A stretch of DNA of 39,737 nt from IMG/VR virus record IMGVR_UViG_3300031947_000012, positions 1 through 39,737 of that record. One strand, 5' to 3'. A model generated the notes under the pieces. It saw only the letters and a list, made by a program, of their open reading frames with translations, ran no database searches and was not told where the DNA came from. The stretch is from a virus (Duplodnaviria > Caudoviricetes). This document shows positions 31,784-39,737 of this stretch, piece after piece (the first letter of the stretch is position 1; the number at the start of each line of letters is the position of its first letter). Both the position numbers and the translations under genes were made by a program.

Positions 31784-33832
31784 ATGGCCGCTAAACCATA
31801 TTTTTCCGACCTCGATTATAGCGATCCGTTTCCGCCGGCTTGGATCTACGGCAATCCGGATGCCATGGCTGCCGCCACGGCGTGGAATAAGGCCCATATG
31901 AAGTATCCGCCGGGGCCGACCGATTTTTCGTCACCACCAACAAGCGCACAAGACGCCAAGCGAGATGCGATCGTGTCGGCGATCTTGGGACAAAGCCAAG
32001 GCACGGATGTGAGATCAGCTTATCTGCCAGGAGGCGCGCAAGGCAGCGGCGCGGACACGGGTACGCCTGATACAGGCGAGCCAGACACTGGCAGCCGCGA
32101 CAAGCCTGAAACGCCACCGGAGGAAACGCCAGACAAGCCGATCGTCAACATGCCGGACACGGGCAAGAAGGCGTCGCCGGACGACGAGGCGCAGCACGAC
32201 AAGGAGCATCCGCAGGATCCTATAAACAAGCCGGAGCCGCCACCGGAGCCGCCACCGGAGCCGCCACCGCCGCCGGTTCCGAACGTCGAGGTGCCCGATC
32301 CGGACATCGAAGCTCCCGACACTCAACACGGTGTTCCTTCGACGAACCAGACGCCGAACCCGCAAGGCATTACCCCTCACGGCGCGCCCCTAGGACCGGT
32401 CTCGGACCCCAATCCTGTTTCGCCTGCGCCGCCGCTCGGCCCACACGGCGAACCAACGCTAGGCCCATTCTTTGGGCTGCCAGCGCACAAGGGCATGCTC
32501 GGCGTTCCCGCCCAAAAGGCGCCAGTCCCGACACTGCAACAAATACAGCAGGCCAAAGCTCTTCTTGGCTACCAAGATCCAGACATCGAATCTCCCGTGA
32601 ATCCCGCGGTATCGCAGCCGGATACAAATCCGACTCCGAGCCCGATCGCGCCGCCGGCACCTCCAGGGCAAACGAGCAGCACGCACGGCTCGCAGACTGC
32701 GGCCGAGAACGCGATCGGCGAGACATCGCTGGCACCGACGCCCCAACAGTTACAGGACGCAAAGGCGCTACAGCAAGCTAATCAGCTAGCGATTCAGCAA
32801 GGCTTCATGAATCCCGATGGCACTCCAGCCAAGGGTGTCGTCACAACGGTCTCGCCCGCACCACACCCGTCGCTGTTTCCACTTCAGCCGACGCCCCAGA
32901 AGGGCCGGACTACGCCCCAGAAGGGCAAACCTCAACACAAGGCGGAAATTGATACGCCGGTTCCCGTGTCGCTGATGGATATGGACAAGGCCGATCTCGC
33001 GGTCTCGCTGGCGAACACCAGTACCGCGCTCGGCCAGACCCAACAGGCGTTGCAGATGACATTGCAGGCTCAAGCCAATGCCAATGCGGCACCCAATCAG
33101 GGCAGGGGACTACCGTCCAGTCTCGCTGGCCAAGGCGTCGGGCCTGCCGACCAAGCCACGACCGACGCCCATGTGGCGGCAGCCCTCGGCGCTGCGCTGG
33201 CCGGAGGTGGCTACGGCGGCGGCCTCGGCGGCAGCTCTGGCGAAGGATTCGGCGGCGGAAGCGTCGGTGGCGGAAGTGTCGGAGATGGAGGCATGGGCGG
33301 CGGCTTGGGTGGCGGCGTTGGTGACGGAGGCGGAGGCCTCGGTGGCGGCGGTGTTGGCGATGGCGGCGGAGGCGGCGGCCTCGGCGGTAGCTCGGGCGGC
33401 GGAGGTGGTGGTGGCGGCGGTGCTGTAGGTGGCGACAGCGGCGGCGGCAGCCCCAGCGGTATCGGTGCGGCGGTTGGCGGTGTCGGCGCGAGCCAGGGCG
33501 GCATCGGCGGCGTTAGCGGAGGCAGCTTAGGTGGCGCTCTGGGCGGCTCTGGACAGAGCCAGGGCGGCATCGGTGGTGTCAGTGGCGGCTCGCTCGGCGG
33601 CGCTCTGGGCGGTTCTGGCAACGATGGCGGAGGCATCGGCGGCGTGGCTGGCGGCAGCCTCGGTGGCGCCCTCGGCGGTACCGGCCAAGGTGGCGCGACC
33701 GGTGACAGTGTCGGCGCCGGCGGCATCGGCGGGGCGCTTGGCGGCCTCGGTGGCCCAGGCACAGGTCTCGGTGCCCCAGGCCCAGGCGAAAGCCCAGGCG
33801 CGAGTGAAGGCGGGGTGGGAACGGGGGTCTAA
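31784..33832 (+). CDS. Pro-rich / Gly-rich low-complexity protein
   Basis: 682 aa; GAGGA RBS; TAATG coupling to the next gene; PPEP repeats and repeated GGIGGVSGGSLGGALGG. Confidence 0.75.
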   Translation: MAAKPYFSDLDYSDPFPPAWIYGNPDAMAAATAWNKAHMKYPPGPTDFSSPPTSAQDAKRDAIVSAILGQSQGTDVRSAYLPGGAQGSGADTGTPDTGEPDTGSRDKPETPPEETPDKPIVNMPDTGKKASPDDEAQHDKEHPQDPINKPEPPPEPPPEPPPPPVPNVEVPDPDIEAPDTQHGVPSTNQTPNPQGITPHGAPLGPVSDPNPVSPAPPLGPHGEPTLGPFFGLPAHKGMLGVPAQKAPVPTLQQIQQAKALLGYQDPDIESPVNPAVSQPDTNPTPSPIAPPAPPGQTSSTHGSQTAAENAIGETSLAPTPQQLQDAKALQQANQLAIQQGFMNPDGTPAKGVVTTVSPAPHPSLFPLQPTPQKGRTTPQKGKPQHKAEIDTPVPVSLMDMDKADLAVSLANTSTALGQTQQALQMTLQAQANANAAPNQGRGLPSSLAGQGVGPADQATTDAHVAAALGAALAGGGYGGGLGGSSGEGFGGGSVGGGSVGDGGMGGGLGGGVGDGGGGLGGGGVGDGGGGGGLGGSSGGGGGGGGGAVGGDSGGGSPSGIGAAVGGVGASQGGIGGVSGGSLGGALGGSGQSQGGIGGVSGGSLGGALGGSGNDGGGIGGVAGGSLGGALGGTGQGGATGDSVGAGGIGGALGGLGGPGTGLGAPGPGESPGASEGGVGTGV

Positions 33833-34317
33833 TGCTCGATTACGTTTACGGCTACGATCAGATCGTCGCACACTTCGTCGCCGGTCTGATCCCGCATTGC
33901 CGGCGTGGCTTCGGCGACCATGCGAAAGCCATTGGAGTCATCGATTCCGAGGGGCGATTAATCGCGGGCATCGTCTACCACAATTGGGATCCGGACTCCG
34001 GAATCATTGAGATCAGCGGTGCCGCGCTTCCTGGGAGCTACTGGCTGACGCGCGAAACGCTCAAGAGGATGTTCCAGTATCCGTTCCATCAGGTCGGCTG
34101 CCAGATGGTCGTGCAGCGAACCCCAAGCGACGATGAGAGCCTGCTCTACGTACTAGCCCGCTACGGCTACTCCTTTGTCACAGTGGAGCGGCTGTTCGGT
34201 CGCAATCGCGACGGCGTCATCTGCACGCTCACGAAAGAGGCTTGGGCGGCGAACAAGTTCAACAAGCGCCTCGGGCATCATCTTGAGGTTTCGCATGAAA
34301 CAGAGGAGGCGGCCTGA
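33832..34317 (+). CDS. GNAT-fold acetyltransferase-like tail-module protein
   Basis: AIGV....LIAGIVYHNW....IEIS.A....WLTR..L..MF.YPF.Q.GC; standard podovirus position. Confidence 0.8.
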   Translation: MLDYVYGYDQIVAHFVAGLIPHCRRGFGDHAKAIGVIDSEGRLIAGIVYHNWDPDSGIIEISGAALPGSYWLTRETLKRMFQYPFHQVGCQMVVQRTPSDDESLLYVLARYGYSFVTVERLFGRNRDGVICTLTKEAWAANKFNKRLGHHLEVSHETEEAA

Positions 34318-34673
34318 TGCCGACGAACCCACAGGCCAATACTCAGCGCAATGCGATTACGCAAGCGTTGATGAACATCGGCAACCCGCCTCCAGCGCGA
34401 CCACCGCTGCCACCGATGGCAGCCGCGCAGCTGCCGCAGCAAAACGCCATTGGAGGGCCTACAGGTGCCATGCCAGCGCCTCCTGGCGCGATGCCCCAAG
34501 GGATGCCCCCGCCGCCCCAAGGCGGCCCAATGGGCTCGTTCCAGACGCCAGGAACGGCCCCCATGGGTCAGACGCCGGTCACGCCAATGGCGAGCGCGCC
34601 AGGGGCGTCGAGCGGCGCGGCGCAGGGCTCGATGCCGCAACAGCCGCAGGGACAGACCGGCCAAGGATTCTGA
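34317..34673 (+). CDS. Small Pro/Gln/Met-rich protein
   Basis: GAGGAGG RBS; TGATG coupling. Confidence 0.7.
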   Translation: MPTNPQANTQRNAITQALMNIGNPPPARPPLPPMAAAQLPQQNAIGGPTGAMPAPPGAMPQGMPPPPQGGPMGSFQTPGTAPMGQTPVTPMASAPGASSGAAQGSMPQQPQGQTGQGF

Positions 34674-34674
34674 T

Positions 34675-36075
34675 ATGGGTAAACCTGACGCACCAACTCC
34701 GCCCAATCCGCTCGATACGGCGAGAGCGCAAACCGGCACTAACGTCTCGACTGCGGTGGCAAATGCCTACCTCGCCAATATCAACCAGCAGACGCCGCAG
34801 GGCTCGCTGAGCTACAACCAGAGCGGCACCTACGACTGGACCGATCCGAGCACTAATCAGACCTATCACATTCCGACCTTCACGGCGACGCAGGTACTCA
34901 GCCCGCAAGGGCAAGCCATCCAAAATCAAACCCAGGCAGCGCAGTACAACTTGAGCGGGATGGCGAATGCGCAGTCGCAGAAGATTGCAGGCCTGCTCTC
35001 GACCGGAATGGACTTCAGCGGCAGTCCCTATGCTGGGAGCGTAGACTGGATTAATGCCGCTGGCGCCCCGACCCAATCTTATTCGGCGGGCGGCCCGATT
35101 CAACAGGGGCTCAACACCAGCGGGCTCGCCAACGCCAACAACATCACGCAGACCTACGGCGGTAACGATTTCTCCGCCGATCGGCAGCAGGTTCAAGACG
35201 CGCTGATGGCGCGCATGAATCCTCAATTGCAGATCCAGCAACAGGCTCTGCAACAACAACTCGCCGATCAGGGCATTCGCTACGGCTCGCAGGCCTATAA
35301 CGATGCGATGCTAACCTATAATCAACAGGCCAACGACGCCCGATGGGGCGCGATTTCGCAGGCTGGCCAAGAACAGCAGCGCATGCAGGAAGAGGCCAAT
35401 GCACAGGCGACATTCCAGAACGCCGCGCAGAATCAGGCCTATCAGCAGGCGCTCGGCGCCGGTCAATTCGCCAACGCGGCCCAGCAACAGCAGTACAATC
35501 AGAATGCGGCGCTGGCGCAGTTCTACAACGCCGGTCAAGCGCAAGCCCTTCAGTGGCATCAAGCAGCCTTTAATGCCGCGAACGCGCAGCGCAATCAATA
35601 CATGCAAGAGCAGTACGCGCAGAGAAACCAGCCCATTAACGAGATCACAAGCCTTCTGTCGGGTTCGCAGGTCCAACAGCCCAACTTCGTGAATACCCCC
35701 GGGTCGCAGATCGCGACGACTGATGTCGCATCGCTGGTCAACCAAAACTTCAACCAGCAACTCGCGAACTACCAACAGCAGAATGCTAACTATAACTCGC
35801 TTGTGGGCGGCATTTTAGGGCTCGGCGCCGGCGCGGTGAAATTGTCGGACGAAGAAGAGAAGGAAAACATCAAGCGCATCGGCACTGTGCTCGGCGATGA
35901 GCACGAGCTGCCGGTCTACTCCTACACGTACAAAGGCGATCCGACGCACACGCCGCAGACAGGACCGATGGCGCAGGACGTGGAGAAGAAAATGCCGGAG
36001 GCAGTCAAAACGATCAAGGGAACTAAGTATATCGACCAACGCCGCATGATGGGCGGCCTATTGGGAGCGAAATAG
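34675..36075 (+). CDS. Internal virion/ejection protein with C-terminal peptidase S74 chaperone domain
   Basis: MGKPDAP.PP.P start, Q/N/A-rich coils, then LSD...KENI..IG...VY.Y.YK...G.MAQDVE...PEAV. Confidence 0.82.
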   Translation: MGKPDAPTPPNPLDTARAQTGTNVSTAVANAYLANINQQTPQGSLSYNQSGTYDWTDPSTNQTYHIPTFTATQVLSPQGQAIQNQTQAAQYNLSGMANAQSQKIAGLLSTGMDFSGSPYAGSVDWINAAGAPTQSYSAGGPIQQGLNTSGLANANNITQTYGGNDFSADRQQVQDALMARMNPQLQIQQQALQQQLADQGIRYGSQAYNDAMLTYNQQANDARWGAISQAGQEQQRMQEEANAQATFQNAAQNQAYQQALGAGQFANAAQQQQYNQNAALAQFYNAGQAQALQWHQAAFNAANAQRNQYMQEQYAQRNQPINEITSLLSGSQVQQPNFVNTPGSQIATTDVASLVNQNFNQQLANYQQQNANYNSLVGGILGLGAGAVKLSDEEEKENIKRIGTVLGDEHELPVYSYTYKGDPTHTPQTGPMAQDVEKKMPEAVKTIKGTKYIDQRRMMGGLLGAK

Positions 36076-36321
36076 ATGATGGTTCCAGCGAGCGTGGTGC
36101 AGGACATGCGAAAGCGCATCGCCATGCAGCTGCTGATACAAGAGCAGTTGCGGGCGCAACGGCAGGCCAAGGTCGCAGGGGCGGCGCGGTTGATGGCGAT
36201 TCAGCAGGCTCAGCAGCAGCAACAGGTCGACCCGCAAGTGGCGCTGGCGCAACAGCAGCGGCAGCAAGATCTTGACGACCAGCAAGAGCAGTTGGACCTC
36301 GGCCAAAAGGTAGGTGCATGA
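36076..36321 (+). CDS. Small Gln-rich protein
   Basis: GGGAG RBS; abuts both neighbours. Confidence 0.6.
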   Translation: MMVPASVVQDMRKRIAMQLLIQEQLRAQRQAKVAGAARLMAIQQAQQQQQVDPQVALAQQQRQQDLDDQQEQLDLGQKVGA

Positions 36322-38093
36322 TGGGGCTATTTGATTTTATCCAAGGCGCTGATTCCAGCTCGCCGCAGAGCTATAACCAGATGGTGCTGCGGCAGCAGAT
36401 CGCCAAGGCGATGCTGAGCAAGCGCCAGCAGCCTTACCCCAAGACGGTCGGGGAGGGCCTCTCAGCGATCGGCAATTCGATCGGCGATCTCGGCATGATG
36501 AACCGGATGGCCGCAATGCAAGGCCAGATCGATGCCAGACAGGAGCAAGAGAAGGCCAATGCGCCATCGGCCGAAGAATTGGCGAATCCTCCGCCCGCGA
36601 CACCCCCTCCAGCGCCCGCGCCGACTCCGGCGCCGCCTGCCGCCACGACCCGAACCAGCTCGCTGAATGACTCTGACCTCGCGGCGGCCGGCATTTCGCT
36701 TCAGGCGAGAGACGATAGCGCCGACGATGAGCCCGCGCGACCCGTGCAGCAATCCGCCCCCAACGCCGATCTGGCAGTTGCCCCCCCGAGCATCACGGGT
36801 GCAGGAGGCTTGGGGCCGAGCCAGAACGCGGCGCGTAACGCAGTGGCCAGTGCTCTGATGCAGCGGCAGGGAGGGCCGCAAGCAAACCCTACGGTGGCGG
36901 GAGACCAGCAGTCGGTGCTGGCCTCCCTACAGCCTTCAACCGATACGCCGGCCTCAACAATCCCTACCGTTCTCTCTGACATCCCCAAGGCGCCGGATAT
37001 CGCGCTTAGGCCAGGGATGCAGTTGGCGCAAGCGCGAACGAGGCTAGTCGCGCCGAACCAAATGCCGCCGCCCGCACTACAGCCGCCAGGGATCAAGCCG
37101 ACAGACGCTCCCGCCGAGCCTAATCCTCCGGTGCCTGACCCCAATTTCGTCCGGCCGCCGACCATGCCGCAAATGAGCCCCGCGCTGGTGGAGATGTATC
37201 GGCGCCGCGATGCCGAGCAGGATCCGGCAGTCAAACAGTTCCTCACCGACCGTATCACCGAGGCGGAGATCCGGCGCAAGCAGCTGTTCGATCCGGTCAT
37301 GAAGGATTGGGAAACGCGCAATGATCCGGCGAAAAAGCTCTTGCTGGAGGAAGCGCAGCGCAAGGCGCAGCAGGAGATCAAGGACACCGAGCGCAGGAAT
37401 CGTCTCGGCGATCTGCCGGACAGCGTCTACATCGACGAACTCAATAAGAGCAAAGCTCAGCTCGCAGGGTTGACGGCCTCGACCGCGTCGATCGCCCGAG
37501 CCCGCGCTCTGGTGCCGCAGATGTGGCATGGGCTGGAAGGCACCGACGCCAATATGTTCCTGTCGCGACTCATGCAATCCGCTGGCATGCCGCTGAATCC
37601 GAAATTGTCGGCAACCGAGCAGTTCAAGAGCGCGATGGGCACCATCGCTTCGATGCAGCGCCAAGCGATCGTCGGCCCGGGATCGCAGTCGGAACGCGAG
37701 ATGGAGGCCCTCAACCAAGCCGCGGCGGCCGATACCAAGCTGACGCCGCAAACTATCATGGCAGCGCTCGACGCCGCCGAGAGCCTCAACAGCAAGCTGG
37801 CGATCGCGCATCAAGCCAAGGCGCGGCTGTTCGCGGGCGAGACCGACGAGGACCGCAAGCGCATGGTGCAAGGCTTCTGGGGCGTCCCGGACATGGTTAA
37901 TCTCGTGCCGCAGGCCGCCGTCAACAAGTTGATCCGGCTCGCGGCTGATCCGAAGGAGGGCGCGGCTGCGATGCGCGAGTTCGATAACGGCTTCAATACC
38001 CCAGGGTTGGCGGCTCAAGTGCTGCGGATGCGGCGCGCGATCGAGCCACCGGCAACACCATACCAGCCGCCGCAAACCAAGATCGTGAGGTAG
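36318..38093 (+). CDS. Internal virion / DNA ejection protein
   Basis: 591 aa, helical with Pro-rich linkers; G..SE.E...L motif; position in the ejection cluster. Confidence 0.75.
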   Translation: MMGLFDFIQGADSSSPQSYNQMVLRQQIAKAMLSKRQQPYPKTVGEGLSAIGNSIGDLGMMNRMAAMQGQIDARQEQEKANAPSAEELANPPPATPPPAPAPTPAPPAATTRTSSLNDSDLAAAGISLQARDDSADDEPARPVQQSAPNADLAVAPPSITGAGGLGPSQNAARNAVASALMQRQGGPQANPTVAGDQQSVLASLQPSTDTPASTIPTVLSDIPKAPDIALRPGMQLAQARTRLVAPNQMPPPALQPPGIKPTDAPAEPNPPVPDPNFVRPPTMPQMSPALVEMYRRRDAEQDPAVKQFLTDRITEAEIRRKQLFDPVMKDWETRNDPAKKLLLEEAQRKAQQEIKDTERRNRLGDLPDSVYIDELNKSKAQLAGLTASTASIARARALVPQMWHGLEGTDANMFLSRLMQSAGMPLNPKLSATEQFKSAMGTIASMQRQAIVGPGSQSEREMEALNQAAAADTKLTPQTIMAALDAAESLNSKLAIAHQAKARLFAGETDEDRKRMVQGFWGVPDMVNLVPQAAVNKLIRLAADPKEGAAAMREFDNGFNTPGLAAQVLRMRRAIEPPATPYQPPQTKIVR

Positions 38094-38097
38094 CGCG

Positions 38098-39737
38098 ATG
38101 GGCCGGTTTGACGAATTCTTGGGCGGCGAGCGCGATCCGACCTATGACGCGCCAGAAGTGCCAGCCGCCCCCGATGCCACGACCACGCCGAGCGGCCGAA
38201 ACCATGTCGCGCCCGCGCCTCCTCCGCCGCCGGCCACGGTCGCGGCGCCGCAGGGACGTTTTGACGATTTCACTGGCGGCACTCCGACGCGGGCACCGCT
38301 CGGACCGAACGATGTCGACTGGAGCGCCTATAACCAGCCCTTCGGCACTGTGCAGGCCGCTGACCAGAACACTACCGAGGCCGCCAAGAGCAAGGCCCAG
38401 AACGCCATTCTCGCCATTGGAAGCGCGCTCGGCGGTCAGCCAGATCCCTACATGGCGCGAAACGTCGCCGACGCGGCCGTTACCCTTGGCTCCTACACGC
38501 CCCTGGGAGCTCCGCTGGCGGCCGGTGACGCAGCACAAAGCTTTGCGACCGGCCACCCCATTAGGGGCTCTATAGAGGCTCTGGGCGCGATTCCAGCGGT
38601 GTCAGCAGCCAGGCGGGTCTACCAATTTGCGAAAGGCACGCTGCCGACGCTACGCATGGCGGACACTCCCACCAGAGTGATCGAAAAGTATGTTGACCCG
38701 CAGACTGGTTTGACGAAAGCTAGGGTGAACGATGAGCTGCTCAATCAGAGCAGATCGAACTACGGCAAGGTGGCTCAAGCGGATTTGGATTATCACCCGA
38801 ACGTAGGAACACACTTTGCCAAAACAGCACAAAACGACCTCGCCAACGTCCCCGATGCCTACGGCCGTGTCATCCCCCGCGAGGTTGCCCCAGGCGTCTA
38901 CGGCCTCCTCGAGCGTCGCGGACAGGAGCTGGCGGCTCGCGGAACTCCCATCACACCCAACGACCTCGACATTCTCCGGCAGCAGCTACGTGCCTTCGGA
39001 CAGGGGCCAGAGGGGGCTGCTGGGGCTCGGGCTGCCGCTCTCCTCGACCAATATATGTACAACCCCCCCGCGGGAGCCATTACTCGGATGGGAGCGCCAG
39101 GGGTCATGGATTTTGTCCGAGCAAATCTCGAGGCTGCTCGCGGCGATTATCGCGCGGGTAAAACGGCTGCGACAGTCGAGCAGGAAATCGACCGACGAGC
39201 CCTTAAGACTGCCAAGGCGAACTCCGCCCTCAATCTCGACAACACCACCCGTGCGGGCCTTGAGCAGCTCATCGACCCGAAGTTCGTCAAAAGCCGCCTC
39301 CCTGGCGCCACCTACGATGAGCAGCAGGCAATTAGAAAAGTCGTGGAGGGAGACGCCACCACCAATCGACTCCGATACTGGTCAAACCGACTAGGCGGCG
39401 GCGGCGGCCTCGGAGGCACACTCCTCGGCGGCGCGGGCGGCTACGGTCTCGGGCATATGCTCAGCGCTTGGGGCGTCGACCCCATTTCGGCTGGCGCGAT
39501 TGGTGGCGCGCTCGGCTTTGTTCAGCCCAAGATAGGCGAAGCGCTCCGTGTGGCCGGCAATGAGCGCACGGTGAAGGCAGCGCAGGACGTGGTCGACGAG
39601 ATCCGGCGCAACTCGCCGCTATATAAAGCCCGAGAAGCGGTCAGCCCCCCGATTCCAGATCCATTCGCTTTGCAGCGTGATGCCATCGCTTACGCGATGA
39701 CGCCGCCGGCCGTAATGGCCGCGGTAGGCTTCGTGAA
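38098..39737 (+). CDS. Large internal virion / ejection protein, truncated by the window end (not in ORF track)
   Basis: GAGGT RBS; starts MGRFDEFLGG; frame appears open to the window end; A/G-rich hydrophobic segments. Confidence 0.8.
   Translation, partial: MGRFDEFLGGERDPTYDAPEVPAAPDATTTPSGRNHVAPAPPPPPATVAAPQGRFDDFTGGTPTRAPLGPNDVDWSAYNQPFGTVQAADQNTTEAAKSKAQNAILAIGSALGGQPDPYMARNVADAAVTLGSYTPLGAPLAAGDAAQSFATGHPIRGSIEALGAIPAVSAARRVYQFAKGTLPTLRMADTPTRVIEKYVDPQTGLTKARVNDELLNQSRSNYGKVAQADLDYHPNVGTHFAKTAQNDLANVPDAYGRVIPREVAPGVYGLLERRGQELAARGTPITPNDLDILRQQLRAFGQGPEGAAGARAAALLDQYMYNPPAGAITRMGAPGVMDFVRANLEAARGDYRAGKTAATVEQEIDRRALKTAKANSALNLDNTTRAGLEQLIDPKFVKSRLPGATYDEQQAIRKVVEGDATTNRLRYWSNRLGGGGGLGGTLLGGAGGYGLGHMLSAWGVDPISAGAIGGALGFVQPKIGEALRVAGNERTVKAAQDVVDEIRRNSPLYKAREAVSPPIPDPFALQRDAIAYAMTPPAVMAAVGFV

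Noticed and set aside
38108-39394. ORF-track entries 38108-38575 and 38816-39394
   Set aside because: Off-frame readings of the true ORF starting at 38098, which lacks a stop within the window.

Overview
Most of a GC-rich tailed phage genome with podovirus-type architecture: terminase, P22-like portal, scaffold, major capsid, tail adaptor and nozzle, GNAT-like and ejection proteins, and no tape measure or sheath. Gene families and a GTTC-N7-GTTC LexA box point to an alphaproteobacterial, probably rhizobial, host (inference). Layout: 1-2.7 kb is an accessory leftward operon of mostly secreted or membrane proteins with a ribbon-helix-helix regulator. 2.8-10.5 kb is the early region (Cro-like HTH, adenine methyltransferase, VRR-NUC, DnaA domain IV protein, YqaJ exonuclease, ssDNA-annealing protein, initiator with internal iterons, DnaA domain I protein). 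10.5-14.9 kb is the late control and packaging region. 14.9 kb to the end is the virion operon with two free-standing HNH endonucleases; the last ORF is truncated. No integrase, CI repressor or endolysin is visible. Most notable observations: (i) a short helix motif R-[DNEQ]-[AQT]-[IV]-x-x-A-[ILMF] shared by both ends of the scaffold and six other virion-operon proteins, a candidate prohead-loading signal; (ii) tandem LexA boxes over the putative late promoter in a phage with no visible CI; (iii) DnaA domains I and IV on separate genes; (iv) a GH16 glycanase split by two inserted repeats in a virion protein; (v) an HNH gene that appears to have replaced the capsid gene 3' end; (vi) an ATC-initiated structural gene; (vii) overprinted genes and a secreted poly-His peptide. 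All family assignments are by motif recognition, not database searches.
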